From NCBI RefSeq assembly GCF_002310835.1, contig NZ_CP011041.1, forward strand, positions 300,001 to 332,000: a stretch of 32,000 nt of DNA, given 5' to 3'. The notes beneath the pieces were generated by a model. It saw only the letters and a list, made by a program, of their open reading frames with translations, searched no databases and was not told where the DNA came from. Positions 1 to 10,578 of this stretch are shown one piece after another. Every line of letters starts with the position of its first letter. The stretch's first letter is position 1. The stretch is from Pseudoalteromonas tetraodonis (GTDB lineage Bacteria; Pseudomonadota; Gammaproteobacteria; Enterobacterales; Alteromonadaceae). Made by a program: the position numbers and the translations under genes.

Positions 1-2082
1 TGGGGCAATGTATTGATCAATCACACCCGCGAGCACATCACCACGGATAGCGGTAATCGTTTCTGAAATATCACCTTCTTCAAGCAATTCGTTACGTTGA
101 GAATAAACAACACGACGTTGATCGTTTGCTACATCATCGTACTCAAGTAGCTGTTTACGCACATCAAAGTTACGTGCTTCTACTTTACGCTGGGCGTTTT
201 CGATTGCGCGGTTTACCCATGGATGTTCAATGGCTTCACCACGTTGCATACCTAGTTTACGCATCATGTTAGTCATGCGCTCACCGGCAAAAATACGCAT
301 TAACGCATCATCCATCGATAGGTAGAAACGGCTTGAACCGGCATCACCTTGACGGCCAGAACGACCACGTAACTGGTTATCAATACGACGTGATTCATGA
401 CGCTCAGTACCAATAATGTGTAAGCCGCCAGCATCAATTACCGCATCATGGCGAATTTTCCATGCTGCTTTTATTTCAGCAATTTGTTCGTCAGTTGGGT
501 TCTCAAGTTTTTCAACTTCGCTGTTCCAATTACCACCAAGTACAATATCGGTACCACGACCGGCCATGTTGGTGGCAATGGTGACTGTGCCTGGTAAGCC
601 CGCATCAGAAACAATGTCTGCTTCTTGTGCGTGGAATTTAGCATTAAGTACGTTGTGCTTAATTTTTTCTTTGCGTAAAAACTGCGATAAGTACTCAGAG
701 CTTTCAATTGAGATAGTACCTACAAGTACCGGCTGACCACGTTCTTGACAGTCTTTAATGTCTGCTAAAATCGCTTCGTACTTTTCTTCTTGAGTTAAGT
801 AAACTAAATCAGCGCGATCATCGCGGATCATTGGTTTATTGGTTGGCATAACCACAGTGTCTAAACCGTAGATAGACTGAAACTCAAACGCTTCTGTGTC
901 GGCTGTGCCTGTCATACCTGCTAGCGTTTCGTACAAGCGGAAGTAATTTTGGAACGTAATAGAGGCTAATGTTTGGTTCTCGTTTTGAATTTTCACACCT
1001 TCTTTTGCCTCTACAGCTTGGTGTAAACCTTCTGACCAACGACGTCCTTCCATAGAGCGACCTGTGTGCTCATCAATAATGATGACTTCGTTTTCTTTAA
1101 TAACGTAGTCAACATCTTTTTGATAAAGCTTGTGCGCACGAAGAGCTGCATAAACATGGCTAAGTAGGGTAATGCTCGCTGCTGAATATAGTGAGTCACC
1201 TTCTTCAATTAGGCCGCGCTCGGTAAGTAACTCTTCAACTTTTATTTGCCCACGCTCAGTAAGATGAACTTGCTTAGATTTTTCATCGATGGTGAAATCG
1301 CCATCACCTTCAATTCCTTCCTCGTCTTCTTTTTCTTGTAATTCAAGTAGAGGAACGATGGTATTTATTTCAGTGTATAGCTCAGAGCTATCTTCAGCGG
1401 GACCAGAAATAATCAGTGGCGTACGTGCTTCATCAATAAGGATTGAATCCACTTCATCCACTACAGCATAAAATAATGGGCGTTGTACGCGCTCATCAAT
1501 ACTAAATGCCATGTTGTCACGCAGGTAATCAAAACCAAATTCGTTATTGGTACCGTAAGTGATGTCAGCTGCATAAGCTTGTTTTTTCTGTTGTGGCATC
1601 ATGCCCGGAACATTACAGCCTACGGTTAACCCTAAAAATTCAAATAATGGGCGATTGGTTTCAGCATCACGTTTGGCCAAGTAGTCATTCACGGTAATGA
1701 CATGAACACCTTTACCTGTTAGACCATTTAAATAAGCCGGCAGTGTCGCTGTGAGTGTTTTACCTTCACCGGTACGCATTTCTGCGATACGACCTTGGTG
1801 TAAAACCATACCACCTAATAACTGCACGTCGAAATGACGCATACCGTTTACACGTTTTGATGCTTCACGTACCACTGCAAATGCTTCTGGTAGAATATCG
1901 CCTAAGCTTTGTCCGTTATCGTAACGCTCTCTAAACTCGGCTGTTTTAGCTTTTAAATCTTCATCTGAAAGCGCTTCTAGCTGCGTTTCAAGTGCATTGA
2001 TCAGTGCGACCGTCTTTCTTAGGTTTTTAATAGTGCGGTCATTGCGACTACCAAAAATCTTGGTAAATAAATTAGATATCAT
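1..2082 (-). CDS. secA: Preprotein translocase ATPase SecA (N-terminal 694 codons; C-terminus lies outside the window)
   Basis: Reverse-strand translation from the ATG at 2082..2080 reads [23 protein letters not shown]...[60 protein letters not shown]...[20 protein letters not shown]. It is near-collinear with E. coli SecA. The frame stays open to base 1. It is missing from the ORF track because no stop codon lies in the window. Confidence 0.97.
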   Translation of the reverse strand, partial: MISNLFTKIFGSRNDRTIKNLRKTVALINALETQLEALSDEDLKAKTAEFRERYDNGQSLGDILPEAFAVVREASKRVNGMRHFDVQLLGGMVLHQGRIAEMRTGEGKTLTATLPAYLNGLTGKGVHVITVNDYLAKRDAETNRPLFEFLGLTVGCNVPGMMPQQKKQAYAADITYGTNNEFGFDYLRDNMAFSIDERVQRPLFYAVVDEVDSILIDEARTPLIISGPAEDSSELYTEINTIVPLLELQEKEDEEGIEGDGDFTIDEKSKQVHLTERGQIKVEELLTERGLIEEGDSLYSAASITLLSHVYAALRAHKLYQKDVDYVIKENEVIIIDEHTGRSMEGRRWSEGLHQAVEAKEGVKIQNENQTLASITFQNYFRLYETLAGMTGTADTEAFEFQSIYGLDTVVMPTNKPMIRDDRADLVYLTQEEKYEAILADIKDCQERGQPVLVGTISIESSEYLSQFLRKEKIKHNVLNAKFHAQEADIVSDAGLPGTVTIATNMAGRGTDIVLGGNWNSEVEKLENPTDEQIAEIKAAWKIRHDAVIDAGGLHIIGTERHESRRIDNQLRGRSGRQGDAGSSRFYLSMDDALMRIFAGERMTNMMRKLGMQRGEAIEHPWVNRAIENAQRKVEARNFDVRKQLLEYDDVANDQRRVVYSQRNELLEEGDISETITAIRGDVLAGVIDQYIAP

Positions 2083-2703
2083 GATAAAACCGTTACAATG
2101 TGTTTTTTTGCTAGCCGTGCATCGGCTAACCCATTTTTTACAATTGATAATTAATGTATTCTTTAAATTAACCTTTAGGACACATTAATTAGCAATTTTG
2201 TATTAAGCTGCTTAAAAAGCACTGTTTATTACCTGCGCTACTATACCAGACTCTGCTAAACATCAAACTACCTCAATAAAAAGATCTTCATTTAAAACAG
2301 AAAAATGAGATCTCGCTCATAAAAATAGCGTTATGTAACGAAACTTGATTAAAACTGCAGATAAACAGACCCTAAAGATATGGTGCTGAATAAATTAAAA
2401 ACAAGAGCAAAGCGCTTAAATTTCACCCTTAAACACCTTGTTAGCAGCCATCGTTTTTTAAAGCTTAAATTGAGCAATCGTTTTATATATTACTCTCGAT
2501 AAGTCACTTAAGTCATACGCTTTATCTGCAGGTATGTAATGAATGGTTGCGGTATCATTAAAGAGATTACTAATTGCAAAAAAAGCGTGTGTTAATATCT
2601 TCTGCAACCAGCGTTTGCTAATATTATTTTTAGTCGCATAAAGTTAATTATATTTTTTATCGCTATAAAACGCGTTGATTGAGTTTTAATAAGGGTAAAT
2701 AAA

Positions 2704-3474
2704 GTGCAAACCAACAAAGATAATTTAGTCGTTCTTGGCGCTGGCTGGCTTGGCCAAGCCTTATGTATTGATGCACAAAAACAAGGTTGGCAAGTGCAAG
2801 GAACTCATCGTAGTGACACTCATCAATTTGATTTTGAACGTCAGTTTGTTTTACAAAACGGTGAGTTGCAGCACCAAGTAGATTTACAAAATGCGTATTG
2901 GGTCTGTGCAATCCCGCCTCGCAGTCGAGATAGCGAAAGTGATTATCCGCAAGTGCTTGAGCAGGCGTTAAAGCTGGCAACTGAGCTTAATTGCAAAGGC
3001 TTTTTATTGTGCTCATCGACTGGGGTGTATGATCAAGAACCTGGCGTTTATAGTGAAAGCAGCGATATATCAGGCACTAACGAGCGACAAATAAAGCTGT
3101 ATGACGCTGAAGAGCAAGTGCTTGAACAGCAAGGTAAAGTGCTTCGCTTAGCCGGATTGTTGGGGCCAAATAGAGAGCCTGGTCGTTTTGTGGCGGGTAA
3201 AGAACTCAATACCTCTAGTCAGCAAGTGGTGAATATGGTGCATCAACAAGATGTGATCAATGCTATTTATGCGGTCCTTAATAACTGGTCGCAAGGACAG
3301 AGCATTTATAACGTGGTGAACCCAGCGCACCCGACCAAAGCAGATTATTATGCACAAAAGTGTGAGCTGTATGGCACACAAATGCCGAGCTTTAGTAGTA
3401 ATGAGGTCGCTGAGCGCAAAGTTATTGGCTCAGCGATAGAAGCACTGGGTTTTAGTTATCAGTATGGTATTTAA
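2704..3474 (+). CDS. YeeZ-like NAD(P)-binding Rossmann-fold protein (SDR/epimerase-like), function unknown
   Basis: 256-aa ORF with a GTG start. The N-terminal [13 protein letters not shown] is a GxGxxG dinucleotide fold. [30 protein letters not shown] and LGFSYQY resemble E. coli YeeZ as I recall it. Confidence 0.7.
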   Translation: MQTNKDNLVVLGAGWLGQALCIDAQKQGWQVQGTHRSDTHQFDFERQFVLQNGELQHQVDLQNAYWVCAIPPRSRDSESDYPQVLEQALKLATELNCKGFLLCSSTGVYDQEPGVYSESSDISGTNERQIKLYDAEEQVLEQQGKVLRLAGLLGPNREPGRFVAGKELNTSSQQVVNMVHQQDVINAIYAVLNNWSQGQSIYNVVNPAHPTKADYYAQKCELYGTQMPSFSSNEVAERKVIGSAIEALGFSYQYGI

Positions 3475-5003
3475 TAAGAAGGTAAGGGGGAGTGGCTTAT
3501 GAAGTCACACAACTTACCTTCACTTAGTAGCGTGTTGGCCGCTTCAATATCGGGAGCAAAATACCGGTCTTTGTCGTAATAGCTAACATGTTGGCGTAGC
3601 AGTGCTTTGGCACTTTCTACTTTATCACACGCGCGTAGTGGTGCTCTAAACTCAAGCCCTTGGGCAGCACTGAGCCATTCTATGGCCAGTACGCCTTGCG
3701 TATTATTAGCCATATCAACTAGTCGTCGTGCTGCAAACGTTGCCATAGAAACATGGTCTTCCTGATTTGCTGAAGTCGGTAAGCTATCTACCGAAGCAGG
3801 GTGTGCTAAGGATTTGTTTTCAGAGGCCAGTGCAGCTGCGGTGACTTGAGCAATCATAAATCCTGAATTTACCCCACCGTTTTTTACTAAAAATGGCGGT
3901 AATTTAGATAAATTAGAGTCAATCAATAGAGCAATACGTCGCTCAGCTAAGGCGCCAATTTCAGCAATAGCAATCGCCAGGTTATCAGCGGCCATAGCAA
4001 CGGGCTCAGCATGAAAGTTTCCGCCTGAAATAATATCCCCTACATCGGCAAATACGAGAGGGTTATCGGTTACTCCGTTTGATTCACACAGTAGTACTTC
4101 GGCGGCTTGACGTATTTGGGTTAAACATGCACCAAGAACTTGCGGCTGGCAGCGCAGGCAATATGGGTCTTGTACTTTTTCACAATTAATATGTGAGTCA
4201 CTAATTTGTGAGTGGCTATCGAGTAATTCTCTAAATACGTGAGCCGTATCTATTTGCCCTTGCTGACCACGAATGTCATGAATACGCGCATCAAATGGCG
4301 CGCGACTGCCCATGGCCGCTTCTATACTGATAGAGCCAATAACACAGCTTTGTGCGTACAAGTCTTCGGCTCTAAATAAGCCTTGTAGTGCAAATGCAGT
4401 GGATGCTTGGGTGCCATTCAATAAGGCTAACCCTTCTTTTGCAGCTAATGTTAGTGGCTCAAGACCTGCAATTTTTAGCCCTTGTGTAGCGCTTATCAGC
4501 TCACCTTGATAACGCATTTTACCCTCACCTAATAAAGGCAAACACATATGCGCAAGCGGTGCTAAATCGCCCGATGCACCCACTGAGCCCTTTTTAGGCA
4601 CGCAAGGGTAAACTTCACTTTTAAGCAGCTGCATAAAAAACTCAAGCACAGCTAAGCGAATACCAGAATAACCGCGCGATAAAGAGTTTATTTTTAGTGT
4701 GATCATCAATCTAACGGTGCTGTCATCCATTAACTCACCAATACCTGCGGCGTGTGAAAGCACAATACTGCGTTGTAATAGTTCGAGTTCATCGTCAGCG
4801 ATTTTAGTATTGGCCAATAACCCAAAGCCAGTATTAATACCATATACAGTGCGATGTTCGTTTATCACGTTTTGGACTGTTTGAGCACTGGCAGCTATTT
4901 GCGCCTGTGCATCATTGGCCAGAGTTAAGTGTATGGCTGATTTGTTAATTTTTCTTAGCGTGTTTAAGTCAAGCTGACCCGGTTTGAGTGTATATGAAAT
5001 CAT
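3471..5003 (-). CDS. hutH: Histidine ammonia-lyase
   Basis: 510 aa. It carries the MIO-forming [14 protein letters not shown] motif and is full-length and HAL-like. Its ATG overlaps the hutU stop (ATGA). Confidence 0.97.
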   Translation of the reverse strand: MISYTLKPGQLDLNTLRKINKSAIHLTLANDAQAQIAASAQTVQNVINEHRTVYGINTGFGLLANTKIADDELELLQRSIVLSHAAGIGELMDDSTVRLMITLKINSLSRGYSGIRLAVLEFFMQLLKSEVYPCVPKKGSVGASGDLAPLAHMCLPLLGEGKMRYQGELISATQGLKIAGLEPLTLAAKEGLALLNGTQASTAFALQGLFRAEDLYAQSCVIGSISIEAAMGSRAPFDARIHDIRGQQGQIDTAHVFRELLDSHSQISDSHINCEKVQDPYCLRCQPQVLGACLTQIRQAAEVLLCESNGVTDNPLVFADVGDIISGGNFHAEPVAMAADNLAIAIAEIGALAERRIALLIDSNLSKLPPFLVKNGGVNSGFMIAQVTAAALASENKSLAHPASVDSLPTSANQEDHVSMATFAARRLVDMANNTQGVLAIEWLSAAQGLEFRAPLRACDKVESAKALLRQHVSYYDKDRYFAPDIEAANTLLSEGKLCDFISHSPLPSY

Positions 5004-6679
5004 GACTTGTCCTCATTAAGCATTGGTAGGTCTAGCTGCTGCTGTTGCGCACAGTTTTTTGCAATTTCATAACCCGCATCAGCATGGCGCATTACACCGG
5101 TGGCGGGATCGTTCCATAATACTCGAGCAAGACGCTGCTCTGCTTCATCAGTACCATCGGCAACAATCACTACGCCTGAGTGCTGGCTAAACCCCATGCC
5201 TACACCACCGCCATGGTGAAGTGATACCCAAGTAGCACCGCCTGCGGTATTAAGCAGGGCATTTAATAGTGGCCAATCGGAGACCGCGTCGGAGCCATCT
5301 TTCATACTTTCAGTTTCACGGTTAGGGCTGGCAACTGAGCCTGAGTCGAGATGATCCCGTCCAATAACTACCGGCGCTTTAAGCTCACCGCTTTTAACCA
5401 TATCGTTAAAGGCAACAGCAAGGCGCGCTCTATCTTTTAAACCGACCCAACAAATACGTGCAGGCAAGCCTTGAAATTGAATTCGCTCACGCGCCATATC
5501 AAGCCAATTATGCAGGTGTTTATCATCTGGAATGAGCTCTTTTACTTTTGCATCGGTTTTATAAATATCTTCAGGATCGCCAGATAGCGCTACCCACCTA
5601 AATGGACCAATACCTTCACAAAATAATGGACGAATATACGCAGGCACAAACCCAGGGAAATCAAATGCATTACTCACGCCTTCTTCTAGGGCCATTTGAC
5701 GAATATTATTGCCATAGTCGGTTGTTGCTGCGCCCGCTTTTTGTAGTGCCAGCATCGCCTTTACTTGGACTGCCATTGACTGTTTAGCCGCTTTTACAAC
5801 TGCTTGTGGGTTATCGATTCGCATTTTAGCTGCGTATTCCATACTCCAATCTTGTGGCAGGTAACCGTTAAGTGGATCATGAGCTGAGGTTTGATCGGTA
5901 ACTATATCGGGAGTAATACCACTCTTTACCAAGGTACTAAACACATCGGCGGCGTTACCTAGTAACCCCACAGAAAGCGCTTCTCCTTTTATGCAAGCAT
6001 CTGTTATTAATTTTAGTGCATGCTCAAGATCTGTGGCTTTTACATCGACATATCCTGTTTTTATCCGAAAATCGATACGGCTTTCATCACATTCCACCAC
6101 CAAGGCACTAAAGCCTGCCATAGTAGCCGCTAATGGTTGTGCGCCCCCCATACCTCCAAGGCCACCCGTTAATACCCACTTACCTTTAGCATTACCAGCA
6201 AAATGCTGTTTTGCCATAGCCACAAACGTTTCGTAAGTGCCTTGCACTATGCCTTGAGAGCCAATGTAAATCCAAGACCCAGCGGTCATTTGGCCATACA
6301 TCATCAAGCCTTTTTTATCTAACTCGTTAAAGTGCTCCCAGTTTGCCCAGTGCGGTACTAGGTTTGAATTGGCAATTAACACACGTGGTGCATTGCTATG
6401 AGTTTTAAATACACCCACCGGTTTGCCTGATTGCACTAATAGAGTTTCGTCATCTTCTAGGCGTTCAAGCGTTTCAATTATTTTGTCATAGCTTGGCCAA
6501 TCACGGGCAGCACGGCCAATCCCGCCATACACCACCAAAGCTTGAGGGTGCTCGGCAACATCAGGGTCTAAATTATTCATTAGCATGCGTTTAGCCGCTT
6601 CGGTTTGCCAGCTTTTGGTGGTTATTTGATTGCCATGTTGCGCGCGTATTGTGCGCTGTGTGTCCAGTCGATGATTCAT
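5000..6679 (-). CDS. hutU: Urocanate hydratase
   Basis: 559 aa, with the typical urocanase length and motifs ([24 protein letters not shown]). AGGAG lies 7 nt upstream of the ATG. Confidence 0.97.
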   Translation of the reverse strand: MNHRLDTQRTIRAQHGNQITTKSWQTEAAKRMLMNNLDPDVAEHPQALVVYGGIGRAARDWPSYDKIIETLERLEDDETLLVQSGKPVGVFKTHSNAPRVLIANSNLVPHWANWEHFNELDKKGLMMYGQMTAGSWIYIGSQGIVQGTYETFVAMAKQHFAGNAKGKWVLTGGLGGMGGAQPLAATMAGFSALVVECDESRIDFRIKTGYVDVKATDLEHALKLITDACIKGEALSVGLLGNAADVFSTLVKSGITPDIVTDQTSAHDPLNGYLPQDWSMEYAAKMRIDNPQAVVKAAKQSMAVQVKAMLALQKAGAATTDYGNNIRQMALEEGVSNAFDFPGFVPAYIRPLFCEGIGPFRWVALSGDPEDIYKTDAKVKELIPDDKHLHNWLDMARERIQFQGLPARICWVGLKDRARLAVAFNDMVKSGELKAPVVIGRDHLDSGSVASPNRETESMKDGSDAVSDWPLLNALLNTAGGATWVSLHHGGGVGMGFSQHSGVVIVADGTDEAEQRLARVLWNDPATGVMRHADAGYEIAKNCAQQQQLDLPMLNEDKS

Positions 6680-6701
6680 TGTTCACTCCTGTTAAATAGT
6701 G

Positions 6702-7430
6702 TTATGCGTTATGCGCTTTATTATTATTTTTAAATGTTAATTGTCCGCCCAAGCGGTACTTACTGCCCGGCGATATAAGTCGTGCAAAGCTAACAATCCC
6801 GTTAACCGACCAAGTGCGGCGTATTACTTGTAAACAAGGCTCTTCGTTATATAGGTTAAGCCATTGACACATTTCACTGCTTGGTGTAATAGCCTCTACG
6901 GTATGCCTTGCTTGTGTTAATGGGGCAACTGTTGATAGGTATTCGTGTGGGGTGAGAGCGGTAAAATCTTGTTGTAAATAATCCTTGGCAAGTAACGGGT
7001 TTACAAAGCGTTCTTCAACTTGCAAGGGGCTGTCATTTTCGTTATGAATAATGACACTTCGGTACACCACACTATCTACCTCAACACCTAAAGCAATAGC
7101 AATTGGCGCCACGGCATTGATTGATTCCAACACCTGTACTGTGCAGCTGTAGTTTCCGTTTCGCTCTTTGACTTCATGTGCAATGTTTTTTATTTCGAGT
7201 AATGATGACTGCGACTTAAAGCTTGCGACAAAAGTACCTAGCCCTTGGCTACGGGTTAAAATGCCTGTATCAGTTAGCTCACTTAACGCTCGACGTGCGG
7301 TCATTCTGCTTACCGCAAACTGCTTTGCCAGTTCATTTTCTGAGGGCACGCGTTGGTTTTCAAGCCAAAGCCCACTGCGTATTTTGTCCACAATAAACTG
7401 TTTTATTTGTGTAAATTTAGGTGTTGGCAT
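6702..7430 (-). CDS. hutC: GntR/HutC-family histidine utilisation repressor
   Basis: N-terminal winged helix (VPSENELAKQFAVSRMTARRALSELTDTGILTRSQGLGTFVA) plus a UTRA-like C-terminal domain. The ORF track starts at TTG 7460. I prefer the ATG at 7430 (MPTPKFTQIKQF...). Start is uncertain by 10 codons. Confidence 0.88.
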   Translation of the reverse strand: MPTPKFTQIKQFIVDKIRSGLWLENQRVPSENELAKQFAVSRMTARRALSELTDTGILTRSQGLGTFVASFKSQSSLLEIKNIAHEVKERNGNYSCTVQVLESINAVAPIAIALGVEVDSVVYRSVIIHNENDSPLQVEERFVNPLLAKDYLQQDFTALTPHEYLSTVAPLTQARHTVEAITPSSEMCQWLNLYNEEPCLQVIRRTWSVNGIVSFARLISPGSKYRLGGQLTFKNNNKAHNA

Positions 7431-7484
7431 AAACGCTTTTGGTGTATTAAAAATAAACAATACTTAATAAGATGGCATAATTAC

Positions 7485-7498
7485 CTTGTATATACAAG
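7485..7498. promoter_or_regulatory. Candidate HutC operator (perfect 14-bp palindrome CTTGTATATACAAG)
   Basis: Read directly at 7485-7498 in the hutC/hutI divergent intergenic region, 43 nt before the hutI ATG. It matches the HutC-subfamily GntR operator core (TGTA-N-TACA, as in the Pseudomonas and Klebsiella hut operators). Confidence 0.7.
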
Positions 7499-7540
7499 AT
7501 GTGTTGTTAAACTCGTTTGAACATTATCGCGGAGAAACTT

Positions 7541-8788
7541 ATGCAAGCCACAGAATCTACAGAACAGTTAAATGATATCGATTTATTGCTCACAGATGCC
7601 AACATTGCGACCATGGATAGCAATATTGATGCGCCTTATGGGGCGATAGAAAATGCGGCGCTAGCTATTAAAAATGGCAAAATAGTGTGGCTAGGTAAAC
7701 AAGCTGATTTACCTAATTTTGATGTGTTAGCCACCCCGATATTAAGTGTAAAAGGACAATGGTTAACCCCAGGCTTAATTGATTGCCATACACATTTAGT
7801 GTTTGCCGGTTCTCGTGCGCAAGAGTTTGAGCAGCGTTTGCAGGGCGTGAGCTATCAGCAAATAGCCGCGCAGGGAGGGGGAATAGCAAGTACAGTTAAA
7901 GCAACCCGAGAGGCTGACCACGAACAGTTATTTGTAGCAGCAAAAGAGCGTTTAAATGCATTGTTAGCTGAAGGGGTGACGACGGTTGAAATTAAGTCAG
8001 GGTATGGGCTTGATATAGGCAATGAGAAAAAAATATTGGAGGTGGCTAGGCTGTTAAATCAACATCACCCCATTGAAGTAGTTAACACCTTTTTAGGGGC
8101 ACATGCGCTACCTTTGGAGTTTAAAAACCGCAGTGATGATTACATAGATTTGGTATGCAATGAAATGCTAAGCACGCTTGTTGAAAATGACCTAGTAGAT
8201 GCCGTTGACGTATTTTGTGAAGACATTGGCTTTAGCTACGCACAAACTCAACGCGTATTTGATGCAGCTAAAAAACAGGGTTTGGCAATCAAGTGTCATG
8301 CCGAGCAATTATCAAATCAACACGGTGCAGCGCTGGTAGCACAATACAATGGCCTGTCGGCTGATCATTTAGAATACCTTGATGAAGCAGGCGTTAAAGC
8401 TATGGCAAACGCAGGCACTGTGGCGGTATTACTGCCTGGGGCTTTTTATTTTTTAAAAGAAACGAAATACCCACCAATTGAGCTGTTAAATAAATACAAA
8501 GTACCCATTGCGATCGCCAGTGACTTTAATCCCGGCACATCACCCTTGTGTTCGTTGCAATTAATGATGAATATGGCCTGCACCTTATTTAATTTCACCC
8601 CAGAGCAGGCATTAACTGGCGTAACAGCACATGCGGCTCGTGCTTTAGGTTTTACTGATAGAGGGGTATTAAAAGTTGGCGCTCGCGCAGATATCGCTCA
8701 TTGGCAAATTGACCACCCTGCACAATTAAGTTATCAGTTTGGGGTAAATAAACTGTTAAATCTATGGATATTGGGTAAACTTAGTTAG
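7541..8788 (+). CDS. hutI: Imidazolonepropionase
   Basis: Amidohydrolase HxH motif ([11 protein letters not shown]) and full-length HutI-like sequence. The ATG at 7541 is preceded by GGAGAA with 4-nt spacing. The ORF-track TTG at 7517 is probably an over-extension. Confidence 0.95.
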   Translation: MQATESTEQLNDIDLLLTDANIATMDSNIDAPYGAIENAALAIKNGKIVWLGKQADLPNFDVLATPILSVKGQWLTPGLIDCHTHLVFAGSRAQEFEQRLQGVSYQQIAAQGGGIASTVKATREADHEQLFVAAKERLNALLAEGVTTVEIKSGYGLDIGNEKKILEVARLLNQHHPIEVVNTFLGAHALPLEFKNRSDDYIDLVCNEMLSTLVENDLVDAVDVFCEDIGFSYAQTQRVFDAAKKQGLAIKCHAEQLSNQHGAALVAQYNGLSADHLEYLDEAGVKAMANAGTVAVLLPGAFYFLKETKYPPIELLNKYKVPIAIASDFNPGTSPLCSLQLMMNMACTLFNFTPEQALTGVTAHAARALGFTDRGVLKVGARADIAHWQIDHPAQLSYQFGVNKLLNLWILGKLS

Positions 8789-8814
8789 TTTGTATAAAAT
8801 TAACTCTTAAACCT

Positions 8815-10572
8815 ATGTTTTATTTAATGTCAGTGAGTACGTCAGCTATGGATGGAACGTTATTGAGCTACAGCAATTTAGCTATTTTTTTAAGTGGTGC
8901 ACTTTTAATGGCAATGGTTGCCACGCTATTAACCGTTAAAAGTAACGTAATGAGACTCAGCTTTTTATGTACTGGGCTCATTGGCTTAGCTATGGTCAGT
9001 AGTGCAATACCTTGGCTCGCTATTTTACTAGCGCTAGGTTTTGGTTTTAATTTATATCAAGCGAAGTTACAAAAGCAAAAAAAACCGCTTCTTATCAGTG
9101 CCTGTGCAAGCGCATTTCTTGTTTTATTATTAATAGGGTATCTCTTTTTTACGCTGCATTTAGCGTGGTTGCTCATGGCTATTTTACTGCTCTCAGTCAG
9201 TGGTTTTTTAGCTGATAATGAGCCTAAAGCTACTGCGCCTTTAAAGCCGCAAACCGAGCCTGAGGTGTATGTTGAAAACTCACCCTTAGCCAGCTTCCCC
9301 GATAAACAACAGTTACGTCAAAAGTATAATGAGCTTACCAATGAAGGTTCATTCAGAGCCGCACTTATTGTATTAAGGCTAGAGGGGTTTGCGCAGGTAA
9401 ATCAGCATATTGGACGAGATTTTGGTGACTTATTGTTGTCGCAGTCGGCAAATCGAATAAAAGACTTACTAGACAGTGATGAAGTGTTGTTCCTTGCTCC
9501 GCATGCTAAATTAGCGCATTTAGGCGGGTTAAATTTTGCGTTTATTTGTGATCTACAAAGCCATAATCATTTACATCAACAGCTTATCAAGCAAATTATT
9601 GGCGCTACATTAAAGCCCTTTAACGTGGCTAATTGCACTATTGAAGTAAAGGTAAGAGCCAGTTATGTTCATTGCGATCAACAAAGTACGAGCTTTGATG
9701 ATTTAATTAGTTATGCGTATTTGGCACTTGATAGTCAGCCAAGTAAACAAATAGTGGCTTATCATCAACAAATGACGGTTGAGCATTTAGAGCAACAAGC
9801 GCGATTAACAGAGCTTGCGAATATCAGCTTTGCTGATGAGTTTGAGCTGTTTTTTCAACCCGTTATTCGCAACGGCGATGGCCAAATTGAATTTTTAGAA
9901 TTGTTATTACGTTGGCAACACCCCACGCAAGGCACCTTATCGGCAAGCCGATTTATAAATGATATTAGAATTGCAGGGCTTGGTTATTCACTGGCTACCT
10001 TTGTTATAGAGCGTGCTGGCGAATTAGCCATGGCACTTCGCATGGAAGGGATGTCGGTACCTTTGAGTGTTAATTTATTTGGCCCAGAAATGCTCAATGA
10101 AGAGTTTGTTGATTTTGTTTACGGAGTCATTGGTGAGCATCAACTCAGGCCAGGCGATTTAATTATTGAATGTCCGCTTCATGTTTTTACCAGCCTAGAT
10201 GATAAAGGCAGAGCCATGATCGCAAGGCTTAACAGTTTAGGTTTAAAAGTATGCGTTGATGGCTTGGGAGATAACCCCGTATTACTGTCTAAATTACCAA
10301 GTTTAGCGGTGGAGTATATTAAGGTATCTCCTGCCTTAACTGCTGACTTTAGTAATCAAAATAATATACGCAGCTTAGTAAGCGGTATGGTAGAAATGCA
10401 TAATCAGCAACAAACAAAAGTGATTTTTGAAGGTGTTGAAACACTGGACCAACTTAAATTTGTGAAAAGTTTGAAAGCTTATGCCTCACAAGGCTACTAC
10501 TTCGGACACCCTTTAAGTAGTTTAGGGTTAATGAGTTGGTTTAAACAGTGGTTACAGGCACAAGAAGACTAG
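8815..10572 (+). CDS. Inner-membrane protein with degenerate GGDEF and partly degenerate EAL domains (putative c-di-GMP receptor or phosphodiesterase-like protein)
   Basis: 585 aa with about five N-terminal hydrophobic segments. The GGDEF position reads GGLNF. The EAL domain begins EFELFFQPV...FLELLLRW and keeps LSVNLF, FEGVET and SQGYYFGHP, but DDFGTGYSS reads VDGLGDNPV. Confidence 0.85.
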   Translation: MFYLMSVSTSAMDGTLLSYSNLAIFLSGALLMAMVATLLTVKSNVMRLSFLCTGLIGLAMVSSAIPWLAILLALGFGFNLYQAKLQKQKKPLLISACASAFLVLLLIGYLFFTLHLAWLLMAILLLSVSGFLADNEPKATAPLKPQTEPEVYVENSPLASFPDKQQLRQKYNELTNEGSFRAALIVLRLEGFAQVNQHIGRDFGDLLLSQSANRIKDLLDSDEVLFLAPHAKLAHLGGLNFAFICDLQSHNHLHQQLIKQIIGATLKPFNVANCTIEVKVRASYVHCDQQSTSFDDLISYAYLALDSQPSKQIVAYHQQMTVEHLEQQARLTELANISFADEFELFFQPVIRNGDGQIEFLELLLRWQHPTQGTLSASRFINDIRIAGLGYSLATFVIERAGELAMALRMEGMSVPLSVNLFGPEMLNEEFVDFVYGVIGEHQLRPGDLIIECPLHVFTSLDDKGRAMIARLNSLGLKVCVDGLGDNPVLLSKLPSLAVEYIKVSPALTADFSNQNNIRSLVSGMVEMHNQQQTKVIFEGVETLDQLKFVKSLKAYASQGYYFGHPLSSLGLMSWFKQWLQAQED

Positions 10573-10578
10573 GGAAGA

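Noticed and set aside
1997-2188. 63-aa plus-strand ORF spanning the secA start
   Set aside because: It overlaps the secA N-terminus in antisense and runs into AT-rich leader sequence. There is no SD and the composition is implausible.
2663-2980. 105-aa minus-strand ORF overlapping the start of the yeeZ-like gene
   Set aside because: The opposite-strand ORF has a clear Rossmann motif and family similarity, whereas this one has no recognisable features. Most of it is antisense to that gene.
6702-6715. 7-bp tandem duplication TTATGCG TTATGCG spanning the hutC stop codon
   Set aside because: With one copy or two copies, the reading frame terminates within a few codons, so the functional consequence is negligible. 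It is probably a slippage remnant.
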